This document shows, one piece after another, positions 1-8,591 of a stretch of 11,385 nucleotides of DNA. Source of the DNA: Amoeboradix gromovi X-113 (lineage: Eukaryota; Fungi; Sanchytriomycota); contig JADGIF010000302.1 in NCBI GenBank assembly GCA_018985225.1, positions 1 through 11,385 on the forward strand. The letters are read 5' to 3'. Each line of letters begins with the position of its first letter. The first letter of the stretch is position 1. A model generated the notes under the pieces. It was not told the DNA's origin and searched no databases. It saw only the letters and a program-made list of their open reading frames with translations. The position numbers were made by a program, and so were the translations under genes.

Positions 1-398
1 AAGGAACGCTTGAAGTTCAAGTGTAAGCAGAGGAAAGACGATGGTCGAATGCAATGAATCATTTACTAGTCAGACATGTACAAGGTGTGGTACTCTAAAG
101 AAAACCAATTTGGAGAGTAACACTTTTATTAATTGTCATTTGAGGATAGATAGAGACCATATGGCTGCAAGGAACATATACATCAAGTATATGCATCCTT
201 ATTCAATCCCACCCCAGGGTAGTGAAAGCGTGAGCGATCACTGTAACGGAGATCTAGCAATGCTAGTTTCTCTGTGGAAATTCTCGATTTTCTCGGAAAT
301 CAAAAGTTTTAACGAGGTGGATGTAATGTAAGATAAATTATTTTTTAAGATTTAACTAAGTAACATAGAGAAACAGAAACTAGTTTAAGTGGGAGACA
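1..398 (+). mobile_element. 3' remnant of a TnpB/Fanzor2-like (IS605/IS607 OrfB-type) element, family A copy 1, pseudogenised
   Basis: Frame 1 gives KERLKFKCKQR. After a frameshift near 30-37 it reads KTMVECNESFTSQTCTRCG...NCHLRIDRDHMAARNIYIK, i.e. the RuvC-II ExxTSxxCxxCG and RuvC-III DRDxxAARNI motifs of TnpB/Fanzor2. The second CxxC is partly deleted. Similarity to copy 2 ends at tttaagtgggagaca (384-398). Confidence 0.88.
200..398 (+). ncRNA. Putative omega-RNA scaffold region of family A element
   Basis: Sequence downstream of the RuvC-III motif stays alignable with copy 2. Stem gtttctctgtg (266-276)/catagagaaac (364-374), and possible pairing tcccac (207-212)/gtggga (389-394). Position matches TnpB/Fanzor omega-RNAs. 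Boundaries are approximate and expression is unknown. Confidence 0.45.
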
Positions 399-474
399 GT
401 AGTTTGTTAATCACCAATTTAATTTAATGCTAATAACTTGAATCAACTTTAAAATTTTCAAAACGTCTGATCAT

Positions 475-1935
475 ATGAAATTGGACCAATTTTTACGAGA
501 GCAAATACAAGCTAGCACCACCACTACCACTAAAATCAAGCAAAAGATATTCGAATTTGAAAGCTTGTATTTTAGAGTTCCAAATTCTATTAAGCAGTCT
601 GTGCCTGATGAAGAAGTAGATCTGAATTTAGAAGACTTTTTGCTTGTTTTAAAACGTGTTATGGCCCAGCACAAGATACATTCACCATCAAAAATTCCTC
701 TGAAAGAACACTTGGTAGAGGATATTGGTGATTTAAGTGTTTTGCAGTCTTCATTCGATGTTCTGAGCCACAGTAATCAATCCTTGATAATCGAAAAGGA
801 TGCTCTTGAACTAGAAAAACAATCTTTGCATGAAGAACTTCAGCAATACAAGAACCGTGAATCCGAAAATATTAAAGAGATGTCCAAATTAATGAGTAGA
901 CTTCAAAACATATCACAAGCTCAGTACGGTATTACGGGTGAACTGGAAGACTACAAGCAAATGGAAAAGAAGTGGCTAGATGATATAAATAGCAAGCATA
1001 TAGAGATTACCAATTTACAATCTCTGTTGTTTGATCATCAGCAGGCAATTCGCAACTTAGAATTGGAAAAAGACGAATATGCTCAACATATCCAGCAACT
1101 CCAAAATAGTTTGTCTAATTTTGATAAGTTGAAATTTGATAAACAAATCTTAGCAAATGACAACTCTAAATTAAATGATGAGATTATAGAACTGAAATCT
1201 CAGTTTATGCAACATCCTTTTACCTCTACTCATTTGATGACATACGTTGACTTCAAAAACTGCAGAGTTGATGAGATCCCTAAGGAGCATCATTATCAAA
1301 TTTTAAAAAACGTACAAATTGGAATAATTAGCGAGATAGACCGATTCAATAACACAATAAGTAGCCTGAATACCGAACTTGCCCAAATAAGCAACGAAAA
1401 CATGCAATTGAAACAAGCAATTGAAAAACTAGAAAATGAGAAGCAACAGTTGGAAAATGAACTAGAGCTGCAACCTATAAAACTGAATGAATTGCAACAG
1501 ATGCTAGATAAACAGGAGCCGTTAAAAACTGAAAATCTGATCTTAAATCAACAGATAGTTGGGTTAACTGAAAAGTTGCAAAAAATTACTGACAGATATA
1601 ATTCTGAAAAAACCGACCAGGCCACAATGAAATACAAATTGCAGCAAGAATTTACTGACTTTGATAGACAGGTCAACGACCTGAAAGCTAAAAAGAGTGA
1701 TATTCAAGCCAATATTAAAGAGAAACAAAATTACCTTTATAAGCTGGAAAACTCCATAGTAAAGTCGAATAAAATACGAAATACCAGCAACTGGGCGCTT
1801 GGGTTGGGTATTGTTCTTATACTTGCTGTAGTAACTTTTTATTTGTCCAGATTTATAGAATTCGATGATAAATGGATATCATGGATTGAATACCATATGA
1901 GCAAGTTTCAATTTAAAAATGCTATCATACTGTAA
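475..1935 (+). CDS. Long coiled-coil protein with a single C-terminal transmembrane helix (tail-anchored, golgin/tether-like architecture)
   Basis: 486-aa uninterrupted ORF rich in E/Q/K/L with heptad character, and hydrophobic WALGLGIVLILAVVTFYL close to the C-terminus. No specific family recognised. Confidence 0.85.
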   Translation: MKLDQFLREQIQASTTTTTKIKQKIFEFESLYFRVPNSIKQSVPDEEVDLNLEDFLLVLKRVMAQHKIHSPSKIPLKEHLVEDIGDLSVLQSSFDVLSHSNQSLIIEKDALELEKQSLHEELQQYKNRESENIKEMSKLMSRLQNISQAQYGITGELEDYKQMEKKWLDDINSKHIEITNLQSLLFDHQQAIRNLELEKDEYAQHIQQLQNSLSNFDKLKFDKQILANDNSKLNDEIIELKSQFMQHPFTSTHLMTYVDFKNCRVDEIPKEHHYQILKNVQIGIISEIDRFNNTISSLNTELAQISNENMQLKQAIEKLENEKQQLENELELQPIKLNELQQMLDKQEPLKTENLILNQQIVGLTEKLQKITDRYNSEKTDQATMKYKLQQEFTDFDRQVNDLKAKKSDIQANIKEKQNYLYKLENSIVKSNKIRNTSNWALGLGIVLILAVVTFYLSRFIEFDDKWISWIEYHMSKFQFKNAIIL

Positions 1936-2312
1936 TTAAAGCTTTTAGCGATCTTGCGGCACAGTTACATATTTTTAACTTTTTAGAGACTTTTCCCTGA
2001 TACAGGTCGGTTACTCTTGCACAATCGTCCCATGATAGAATTGCAATTAGGCTCTTACTGTTTGTAATTAATTCATGAAAATCTTTTCATATTCAATAAC
2101 ATAACAGGTGTAAAAGAGGTACCATCTTTGTTGATCATATCATGTTTTTGCTGGATTTCAATGATGTAAACCAACTTGGGTTATGACTTTGCTTGCCTTA
2201 GCCCTTTCTTCCACCGAATTAAAGTTATTAAGAAAAAAGGTAGAGCTTCGGTAAAAAAGGATGTCGTATTACTCATTATGCACAGGTTTTAGTTTAAAAT
2301 TCAGTACCTAAC

Positions 2313-2708
2313 ATGGAGGTAATAGAATTTCCAACCGTCTCAAATTCAATTGCAATTGTGAAATACAATGGCTGCATTTGTGCATTAGAGGACACAAGAT
2401 ATTTCATGGTAAGCAACATCAAACTATCGGATTTGAGAGTTCTTCGACAATTCTTTAAGATTGGGGCTTTTACGATAAGTGGCGAATACAAACTATATGA
2501 GCTGATAAATTGCATCTACATATGCTCGAAGGATGCAGGAATAATAAAAGATGACCAGATTACTAGTTTTTGTAATGGAAACTCTACAATCACCAAATAC
2601 AACGATGAATGGTTTGTTGAGAGTCAGGAAGATCTAGACGTCTTCAAATTCAACATATTTATAGAAAAATACAAAGAAATGCACTTGAAAGTATTAAAAT
2701 CCCGATGA
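2313..2708 (+). CDS. Hypothetical protein (131 aa)
   Basis: ATG-initiated ORF with protein-like composition, packed 25 nt from the next ORF. No motif recognised. Confidence 0.6.
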   Translation: MEVIEFPTVSNSIAIVKYNGCICALEDTRYFMVSNIKLSDLRVLRQFFKIGAFTISGEYKLYELINCIYICSKDAGIIKDDQITSFCNGNSTITKYNDEWFVESQEDLDVFKFNIFIEKYKEMHLKVLKSR

Positions 2709-2733
2709 CAATTCAATAAATATTTTTAGAAAC

Positions 2734-3327
2734 ATGACTTCAATTAAACAGCTTATTTTACAACTCTTGGCTGATCAATTTATTTCATTATCTGATTTCA
2801 AACTAGTACAATCAAACTATGATAATCCTAAAATACGAACACGATATCCTCTAATTTTCAAACTACAGCAGTTGCGCCTAATCGAATGGGCTCTCAAATT
2901 GCAAATTCACAAGAAGACAGTTAAAACCGAGCTAATTAGCTCCCATGATTATTCCGCTCCATCTCTTGGCAGAAATTGCTTGAGTTTGTTGCATGACAGG
3001 ATAATAGAATTGGATAAGGAAAAAGCGCCCGATGTTGTTTTAATGCAGGTTAAGTACGAAAAAGCGTCTTATGTGCGTAACTCGGATATTCCGCCGGTAA
3101 TATCTGAAATTAACGAGCAAAGAAACTCTTATTTCAAATCCTTTAACGACAAAAATAGGAAATCTGACGTTCACGTAAATTTAGAAATGTCTAAACTGTA
3201 TGAGGATGCCAGATCTGAATTGGAGTCTCTTAAATCTGAGCAGATTGAGTTGAGAAAAGAGATACTTACGCTGTTACCAGAGAAACTGCAAAATCTGTTA
3301 CCAAATCCTTGGATTATCACTCATTAA
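2734..3327 (+). CDS. Hypothetical helical protein (197 aa)
   Basis: 594-nt ORF in AT-rich DNA with a short coiled-coil-like C-terminus. No family recognised. Confidence 0.7.
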   Translation: MTSIKQLILQLLADQFISLSDFKLVQSNYDNPKIRTRYPLIFKLQQLRLIEWALKLQIHKKTVKTELISSHDYSAPSLGRNCLSLLHDRIIELDKEKAPDVVLMQVKYEKASYVRNSDIPPVISEINEQRNSYFKSFNDKNRKSDVHVNLEMSKLYEDARSELESLKSEQIELRKEILTLLPEKLQNLLPNPWIITH

Positions 3328-3393
3328 ATGTCCTCGCATATAACGCAAGTGTTCAATTACTGCTGCAAACTTTAAAGTAAACTATGCAGGATA

Positions 3394-4026
3394 TGTCTTC
3401 CCATTTAAATCTTCTCACTTCCTAGAAAGTAAGAAAGCCATTCGCTCTATTACACTGGTTTCTCAGACTTCCTACTCTGTAGCGGGTGTGAGTAGCGATA
3501 CATATACTTCAAATACATGGTCTCTATCCACTTTAAAATGTTAGTATCATCTGTCCAAATGGGCTTTAGCCAGATGCAATACTGTGTGCACGCTTCACTA
3601 GTAAATGACTAATCACATTCAACTTGTCTTTCCTCTTGCTTTACGCTAGGGCTTCACCTTAAGGCCGTTTCGAAATGTAGCAGCATGTTCTATTTCTACC
3701 AACGATCTTTATAGATTTCACAAACTCTGCTTGCGATGAGTTGGAGTCATTGTTATAGATAACAACTATCCTGCTTTTTATCAAGTAGGCTACCCTGGTA
3801 AGATGGAATTCTGGGACAATAAAACTCATGAATTTACGATAAATGATTTATTCAATTAAAATCGATTAGCAATATTAAGCTGCTTGTTTATATTAAATGC
3901 AAAGTATCTTGACGGTCAAGAACCTCGACCTCCTTGAGTAGCTACCGCCTTAATGTACTTTACGTGGATAAAAATGAGGTGACTAGAAGATTGTATTGAT
4001 GTCCACGTTGTTACACCGGAATCTAA
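3394..4026 (-). mobile_element. Heavily decayed TnpB/Fanzor2-like element, family A copy 2
   Basis: The reverse complement of about 3394-3645 aligns with 26-398 (aagcaagaggaaagac; tcatttactagt; gatagagaccat; aagtatatg; tttaaatgggaagaca). Upstream relics are FIVPEF (3806-3823) and LDSGVTTWT (4000-4026), the latter resembling RuvC-I LDPGVRTF. The extension beyond about 3650 is less certain. Confidence 0.75.
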
Positions 4027-4080
4027 TCAATGGAAACAAAATAAGATATGCTTATAATCCTTAGGCTACGCTTAAAGCAG

Positions 4081-4980
4081 TTAAAGGTTTTGTCTATCAT
4101 TTATAAAATCAACAATTGAAGGAATACTAGTCAACGAGTTAAAATGACGCAAATCTGTTTTCGTAATTAGGGATTCTAACATATAACTCAAGTGATGGGA
4201 TATTATGTAAGGATGCGTTGAATATTTAATGGAACAATCTAAGTAACTAGAAACGCAGGACCAGTCTGGTTTGCTAACGCCGGTAAACAACTGAGGATTG
4301 CATAGCAGTCCTCTAGCTACAGAAACCCCTCGACAACCTGTAGCAGCAACAGTTTCACGAGCATCTTCTAGTGTGAAGATGTCACCATTTGCTAAGCAAG
4401 GAATTCCTACCTGTTCATTTAAAAGTTTAATATCGTGAAGTCTAACTGGAACAGCAGTCTTTTCGGCTCTGGTTCTACCGTGAATAGTTACAAAATCTAT
4501 TCCCATATGTTCAGCTCTGCGCATTAGCTCACTTGTAAGAGCCAAGTCATTATGCAATCTGATTTTAATAGATTTAGAATAATAAGATGGGCAAATAGAA
4601 CTTAATTGTTTAACCATGTCAGCCACAATTTCGGGTTTACTACTTAAGTAAGCACCAATCTTTTCTTTTTGGGCCCATCCACATGGACAACCACAATTGA
4701 TGTCAACACCTTTCGAATACTTAATTACAAGTTCAGTAGCATATCTCAAATCTATAGCGTTGCTTGCGGCGAACTGCACAATCAATGGTGTATCATCCTC
4801 TGTAGTACACAAATCACTCGATCTAGCTTCACTACTTCTCCAAAACTCTTTCGCTAAAATCATGGGACTAACACAGATATCTGTGTCATATTTTCTCAGC
4901 AACTGTCTGAATGCAATCTTTGAGTATCTAACCATTGGTGCACTGGACTTGACAAATTCGTTGTCTCCAAAAGGATGCAT
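4081..4980 (-). CDS. DUS4: tRNA-dihydrouridine(20a/20b) synthase
   Basis: SAPMVRYSKIAFRQLLRKY, PLIVQFAA, GVDINCGCP, SIKIR, TIHGRT, ANGDIFT and ARGLLCNP are Dus family motifs, and the APMVRYSK N-terminus is typical of Dus4. Confidence 0.93.
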   Translation of the reverse strand: MHPFGDNEFVKSSAPMVRYSKIAFRQLLRKYDTDICVSPMILAKEFWRSSEARSSDLCTTEDDTPLIVQFAASNAIDLRYATELVIKYSKGVDINCGCPCGWAQKEKIGAYLSSKPEIVADMVKQLSSICPSYYSKSIKIRLHNDLALTSELMRRAEHMGIDFVTIHGRTRAEKTAVPVRLHDIKLLNEQVGIPCLANGDIFTLEDARETVAATGCRGVSVARGLLCNPQLFTGVSKPDWSCVSSYLDCSIKYSTHPYIISHHLSYMLESLITKTDLRHFNSLTSIPSIVDFINDRQNL

Positions 4981-5255
4981 TCCTACTCCTCGTTAAAATC
5001 TCGATGTAGGAGAACATCAAGAGTCTCACAAATTGACAAATCCAGTCGCTCCGTTGCAAATGAAGCGGAAGCAACCACTGCAGCATGGAGGAATTAAACA
5101 TAAAAGGATACAATTCAAGTGCCTGTACCTTACTGTCATATAGTTTCTATTTACTATTAAGTAATCGCATTTAATACCTTTAATAACATTGGTGCCTTTG
5201 AAGCTCTTATCTATCATTTAGTCTGTTTTTCAAGTAAAAGATGTGAAACTAGTTG

Positions 5256-6126
5256 ATGTTTTCCGTTGCTACTAACCGATTTAAAGTATATCTCAGATAC
5301 TCAATAATTAGTATGAATAAATCTAGCGCAATTCCCTTCAAGAGATACTCCAGTAATACTGAAGTACATCCTGCTAAGAAGGTTGTTGATGATGACTACT
5401 TGTTAATGCACCCTGTCTACACAAATGAATATGTGGATTCCGTTAAACCAAAGCATCTCCCTCCTATAAAATGGCACCAGAAGGTTGGGTTCTATGCAAT
5501 TGGGTCAGTTAGATTCTTGTTTGACAAAGCCACGGGCTATCCCCATAGCATGTCAGAAGCAAAATGGTTGCAAAGAATGATATTCTTAGAGACAGTCGCC
5601 GGATGCCCAGGTACTGAGTTCTAATATAGGCATGGTTGCTGGAAGTTTGAGACATCTACGTAGTTTAAGATCTTTGGAGCGTGACAACGCTTGGATTCAT
5701 ACTTTGTTGGAAGAAGCTGAAAACGAAAGAATGCATTTGCTAACGTTCTTGAAATTAAAAAAACCGAGTGGAGCTTTTCGCGTTGCGGTAATCTTGACTC
5801 AAGGAATCTTTTACAATGTTTATTTCTTGGCATATTTGTTATCGCCAAAGGTTTGTCATGCTATGGTAGGGTATTTGGAGGAAGAAGCTGTCAAGACGTA
5901 CACTCATGCTCTAAAAGACATTGACGATGGGAAATTATGGAAAGATGTTGCGGCACCTGATATTGCGCAGCAATACTGGAGATTAAGTGAGAAGGCAACC
6001 ATGAAAGATGTTATACTTGCTATTCGAGCGGATGAAGCAAATCACAGTCATGTTAATCATACTTTCTCATTGATGAAAGCAAATGACAAGAACCCCTTTA
6101 GCAAAAACAGCCACAATGTACCTTAA
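5256..6126 (+). CDS. AOX: Mitochondrial alternative oxidase, two exons (5256-5610, 5630-6126)
   Basis: FLETVAGCPGMVAGSLRHLRSLR (restored by splicing), LLEEAENERMHL, GYLEEEAVKTYT and IRADEANH di-iron motifs. The basic/Ser-rich N-terminus resembles a mitochondrial presequence. Confidence 0.96.
5611..5629 (+). other. 19-nt spliceosomal intron in AOX
   Basis: GTACTGAGTTCTAATATAG has GT...AG ends and a CTAAT branch-like motif. Removal joins CCA G|GC ATG and restores the conserved PGMV. Confidence 0.9.
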
Positions 6127-6726
6127 TAAATATATTAATACTGAACCTTAGAACTTTGGCTACACGACAGCTTTGGGATTACAAAGCGAATATGATGTAA
6201 TACAACTGTCGACTTAAGTCTAATAAGCCATTTATCTTGATTAAATGAGGTATTTCGCACGAATCTATTTTTCTAGACTTTTCCAACTCCATGAAAACTC
6301 GATAATCTTTTGAATTCGGTTGGCAAGTGGGTCAAAATTACCAAAACTAGAGCATGAGAAATTTAAAGAAATCAATGATAGATAAGATGACATTCCTAGA
6401 GAATTAGGGACTGCTCCAAGAAAGGAAATATACGATACATTTGCAGCGATTGTTCACTTCAGATTACAAACAACAATTTATTTCATAATAGTACTGCATA
6501 GCAGGATGCTGCAGGAATCGATTTTAGTCCAATATATCATTTTTCATGATATACGAATTCTATTTTTCCTATAGAACGTATCTGTATAATTATGTAATTT
6601 TTTAATAACTCGTCATACCTTTCTTGTTATCAATTGCAAATATGTCCAAATTGTCTCATCTTCATTATGTCAAACCCTAGAAAGATCGTTAGGAGAAATT
6701 AACAATATTTAGATAATTGAAACATA

Positions 6727-6752
6727 TGGGACATCAAATATAAAAATTAGAC
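6727..6752 (+). repeat. Left terminal inverted repeat, family B
   Basis: tgggacatcaaatataaaaattagac; 23/26 to the reverse complement of 7099-7124 and 24/26 to 11142-11167. Confidence 0.88.
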
Positions 6753-7098
6753 TTACTTTCTGAAATAGTTTGAATCATTATTTCAAGTGTGTTAAAAGAT
6801 AGTAAATTAAATTAATCTTTTCAAGTAAATTATTTTAGTATAAAAGCTTTTGATCCATCAGAATCTTGGATACAATGGTTAACAAGAAGAAGAGAAAACA
6901 AAAAACAAGTTATACGAAGAAAAAGAAAAAAGAACAGATAAGGCACTCAAAGACCTTATTTGAAAGAGATAGTGGGTGATCTTGTTTTATTTTAAAGAGA
7001 GGAATGACATTAATGAAACAAAATTGGTTTGAAAGAGGAAGGACTTTTATTAATAATGGTATTCTTCCTTATGGGGCACCTCTTTTAAAAACGACTTG

Positions 7099-7124
7099 GT
7101 CTAGTTTTTGTATTTGGTGTCCCA
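7099..7124 (-). repeat. Right terminal inverted repeat, family B copy 1
   Basis: gtctagtttttgtatttggtgtccca; its reverse complement is 25/26 identical to 11142-11167. Confidence 0.88.
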
Positions 7125-7471
7125 TAGTAAACTGGTTTATACTTAATTTAAGATATCAATTATTTCATCGGTTTTCAGCATTTAGTTCAGGTAATTGATG
7201 TGTCATTAGCGTTCTCAATCATTGAATACACTGATTTTTCTCTTTAAACTTGGCACGAAATAATCCAATGACGACTCGCAAACTATTCTGACTGCAAATG
7301 AACACTCAAGTCTTCCATAAATAAGAATTTTTGTCGCTAGGATAGCGTTTTATACCGCGCTGAAGTAAGTGATCACGGTTTAATGGGCAAGTATTAATTA
7401 AAAAAAATAACGGCAAGCTCAATTTTATTGGTCAGCTTTATTATAAGATGTAGGAACACCTCTAAACCACA

Positions 7472-8252
7472 ATGCTCTTCGCGAATTTGATTGCAGCGAT
7501 AACCTATGGAGAGCCATTTCACTTTAGAAAGCTTGAAAATCTAAAGCGTCGTTACATAACTAGTATTTCAACATCAGGAGACCTGACGTGTGTAGTTAGT
7601 GAACAGCTTTATTGTTGGAACACCCTATGATGTCTCAACTCCATTACAACTTAAAAAACAAAAACAAAAAGAAAATCTCTTTATGGATCGTATTTCCATT
7701 TACGGAAAGACTGCCTGTGCAACTTCGTTTACTCTTAAAGTTTATTGCACAAAAGACATAACAGCAGATTCTGTAGATTGGGTACAAGCATATGAGTATC
7801 CTGGCTTGCAGACTATGAGAATAGAGCTTGATGGGGATACTGCCTGTGTTTCTACTGATTCCTATGTGAAATGCACGAGTTTCTCGAGTATATTCGACAA
7901 TATACCAGTTTGGAAAAAGAAAAAGCTAGCAAAAGGTTGGGTATTTGCCATGTCTATCTCAGGTGATCACGCATGCGCGAATTACCTTTCTGGCAGAGTT
8001 GACTGCACCTATAATTTTAGTGCCGATAGTCCTAAGTGGTGGACATTAGACAGTTCTATTGGTAGAATTTGGATCAATAAAGGTAGGACCTGCGGCATAT
8101 CTTCAGGTGACCCCAGATCACTCATCTGCTATCAGAATGGAAAATGGAGAGCCCAAAAAATAAGTATCAATGCATTTGATCTAGATGACACGCACCTTGT
8201 CCTACAGGATGCAGGTTCTAATGAGTTCTTTCTTGCTGAATTCCCTAAATAA
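7472..8252 (+). pseudogene. Frameshifted secreted Cys/Trp-repeat protein (beta-propeller/tectonin-like pattern)
   Basis: ATG 7472 gives MLFANLIAAITYG...ISTSGDLTCVVSEQLYCWNTL* (stop 7628-7630). The downstream frame continues with homologous repeats ISIYGKTACAT..VYC, IELDGDTACVS..VKC, MSISGDHACAN..VDC and IWINKGRTCGI..LIC. One indel near 7620 joins them, so a sequencing error is possible. Confidence 0.65.
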
Positions 8253-8591
8253 ATCAAGCTGGCACTTGTTACAATAGTCTTCAACGTATCCCGGTTGGAT
8301 GCAAAACAATACTTTTTCTAGTGAAAGTTTGATTTTGAAAATGCGATCATGAAATATACTAAGCCTTTCTTTAGAAACTCTAGTGTCAAAAGGGATACAA
8401 CACTTTAAAAATTTCAGATATAAAGCACATAATCATAGATTTTTGGAAAACCCTATTAAGCAAGGTAAGAAAAATGAGTAATATCAATTTATTTCTTTTC
8501 ACGGCATAATTGCAAGCAAAGTCCAAACAAGCACAATGTGTTATTGAATGTTACTTGGTTTTGCCTATAAAGCGCTTTCAATTGCGCCCTC

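Larger units (their letters stand above)
6727..7124 (+). mobile_element. 398-bp internally deleted TIR element carrying Fanzor-like C-terminal relic (family B copy 1)
   Basis: 26-bp TIRs (23/26 identical), TA on both flanks (6725-6726, 7125-7126), and CATA immediately 5' of the left TIR. Internal relic FERDSG*SCFILKRGMTLMKQNWFERGRTFINNG aligns with the minus-strand frame at 11162-11383. Confidence 0.82.

Noticed and set aside
399-3393. Composite transposon carrying three cargo genes between the two family A copies
   Set aside because: The copies are strongly diverged, no outer ends or target duplication are visible, and independent insertions are simpler.
4669-5217. Small ORFs 4669-4857, 4697-4996, 4928-5113 and 5026-5217
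   Set aside because: They are antisense to or overlap DUS4, or are short with no recognisable motifs.
471-5848. Antisense ORFs 471-674, 2294-2515 and 5621-5848
   Set aside because: They are shadows of longer plus-strand genes.
7004-7198. 64-aa ORF as an independent gene
   Set aside because: It is the decayed C-terminal relic of the family B element reading through the TIR into flanking DNA.
7588-7606. 19-nt GT-AG segment that could splice the two frames of the secreted protein
   Set aside because: It has no CTAA branch motif, and removal would delete the C..C pair of the first repeat. A frameshift fits better.
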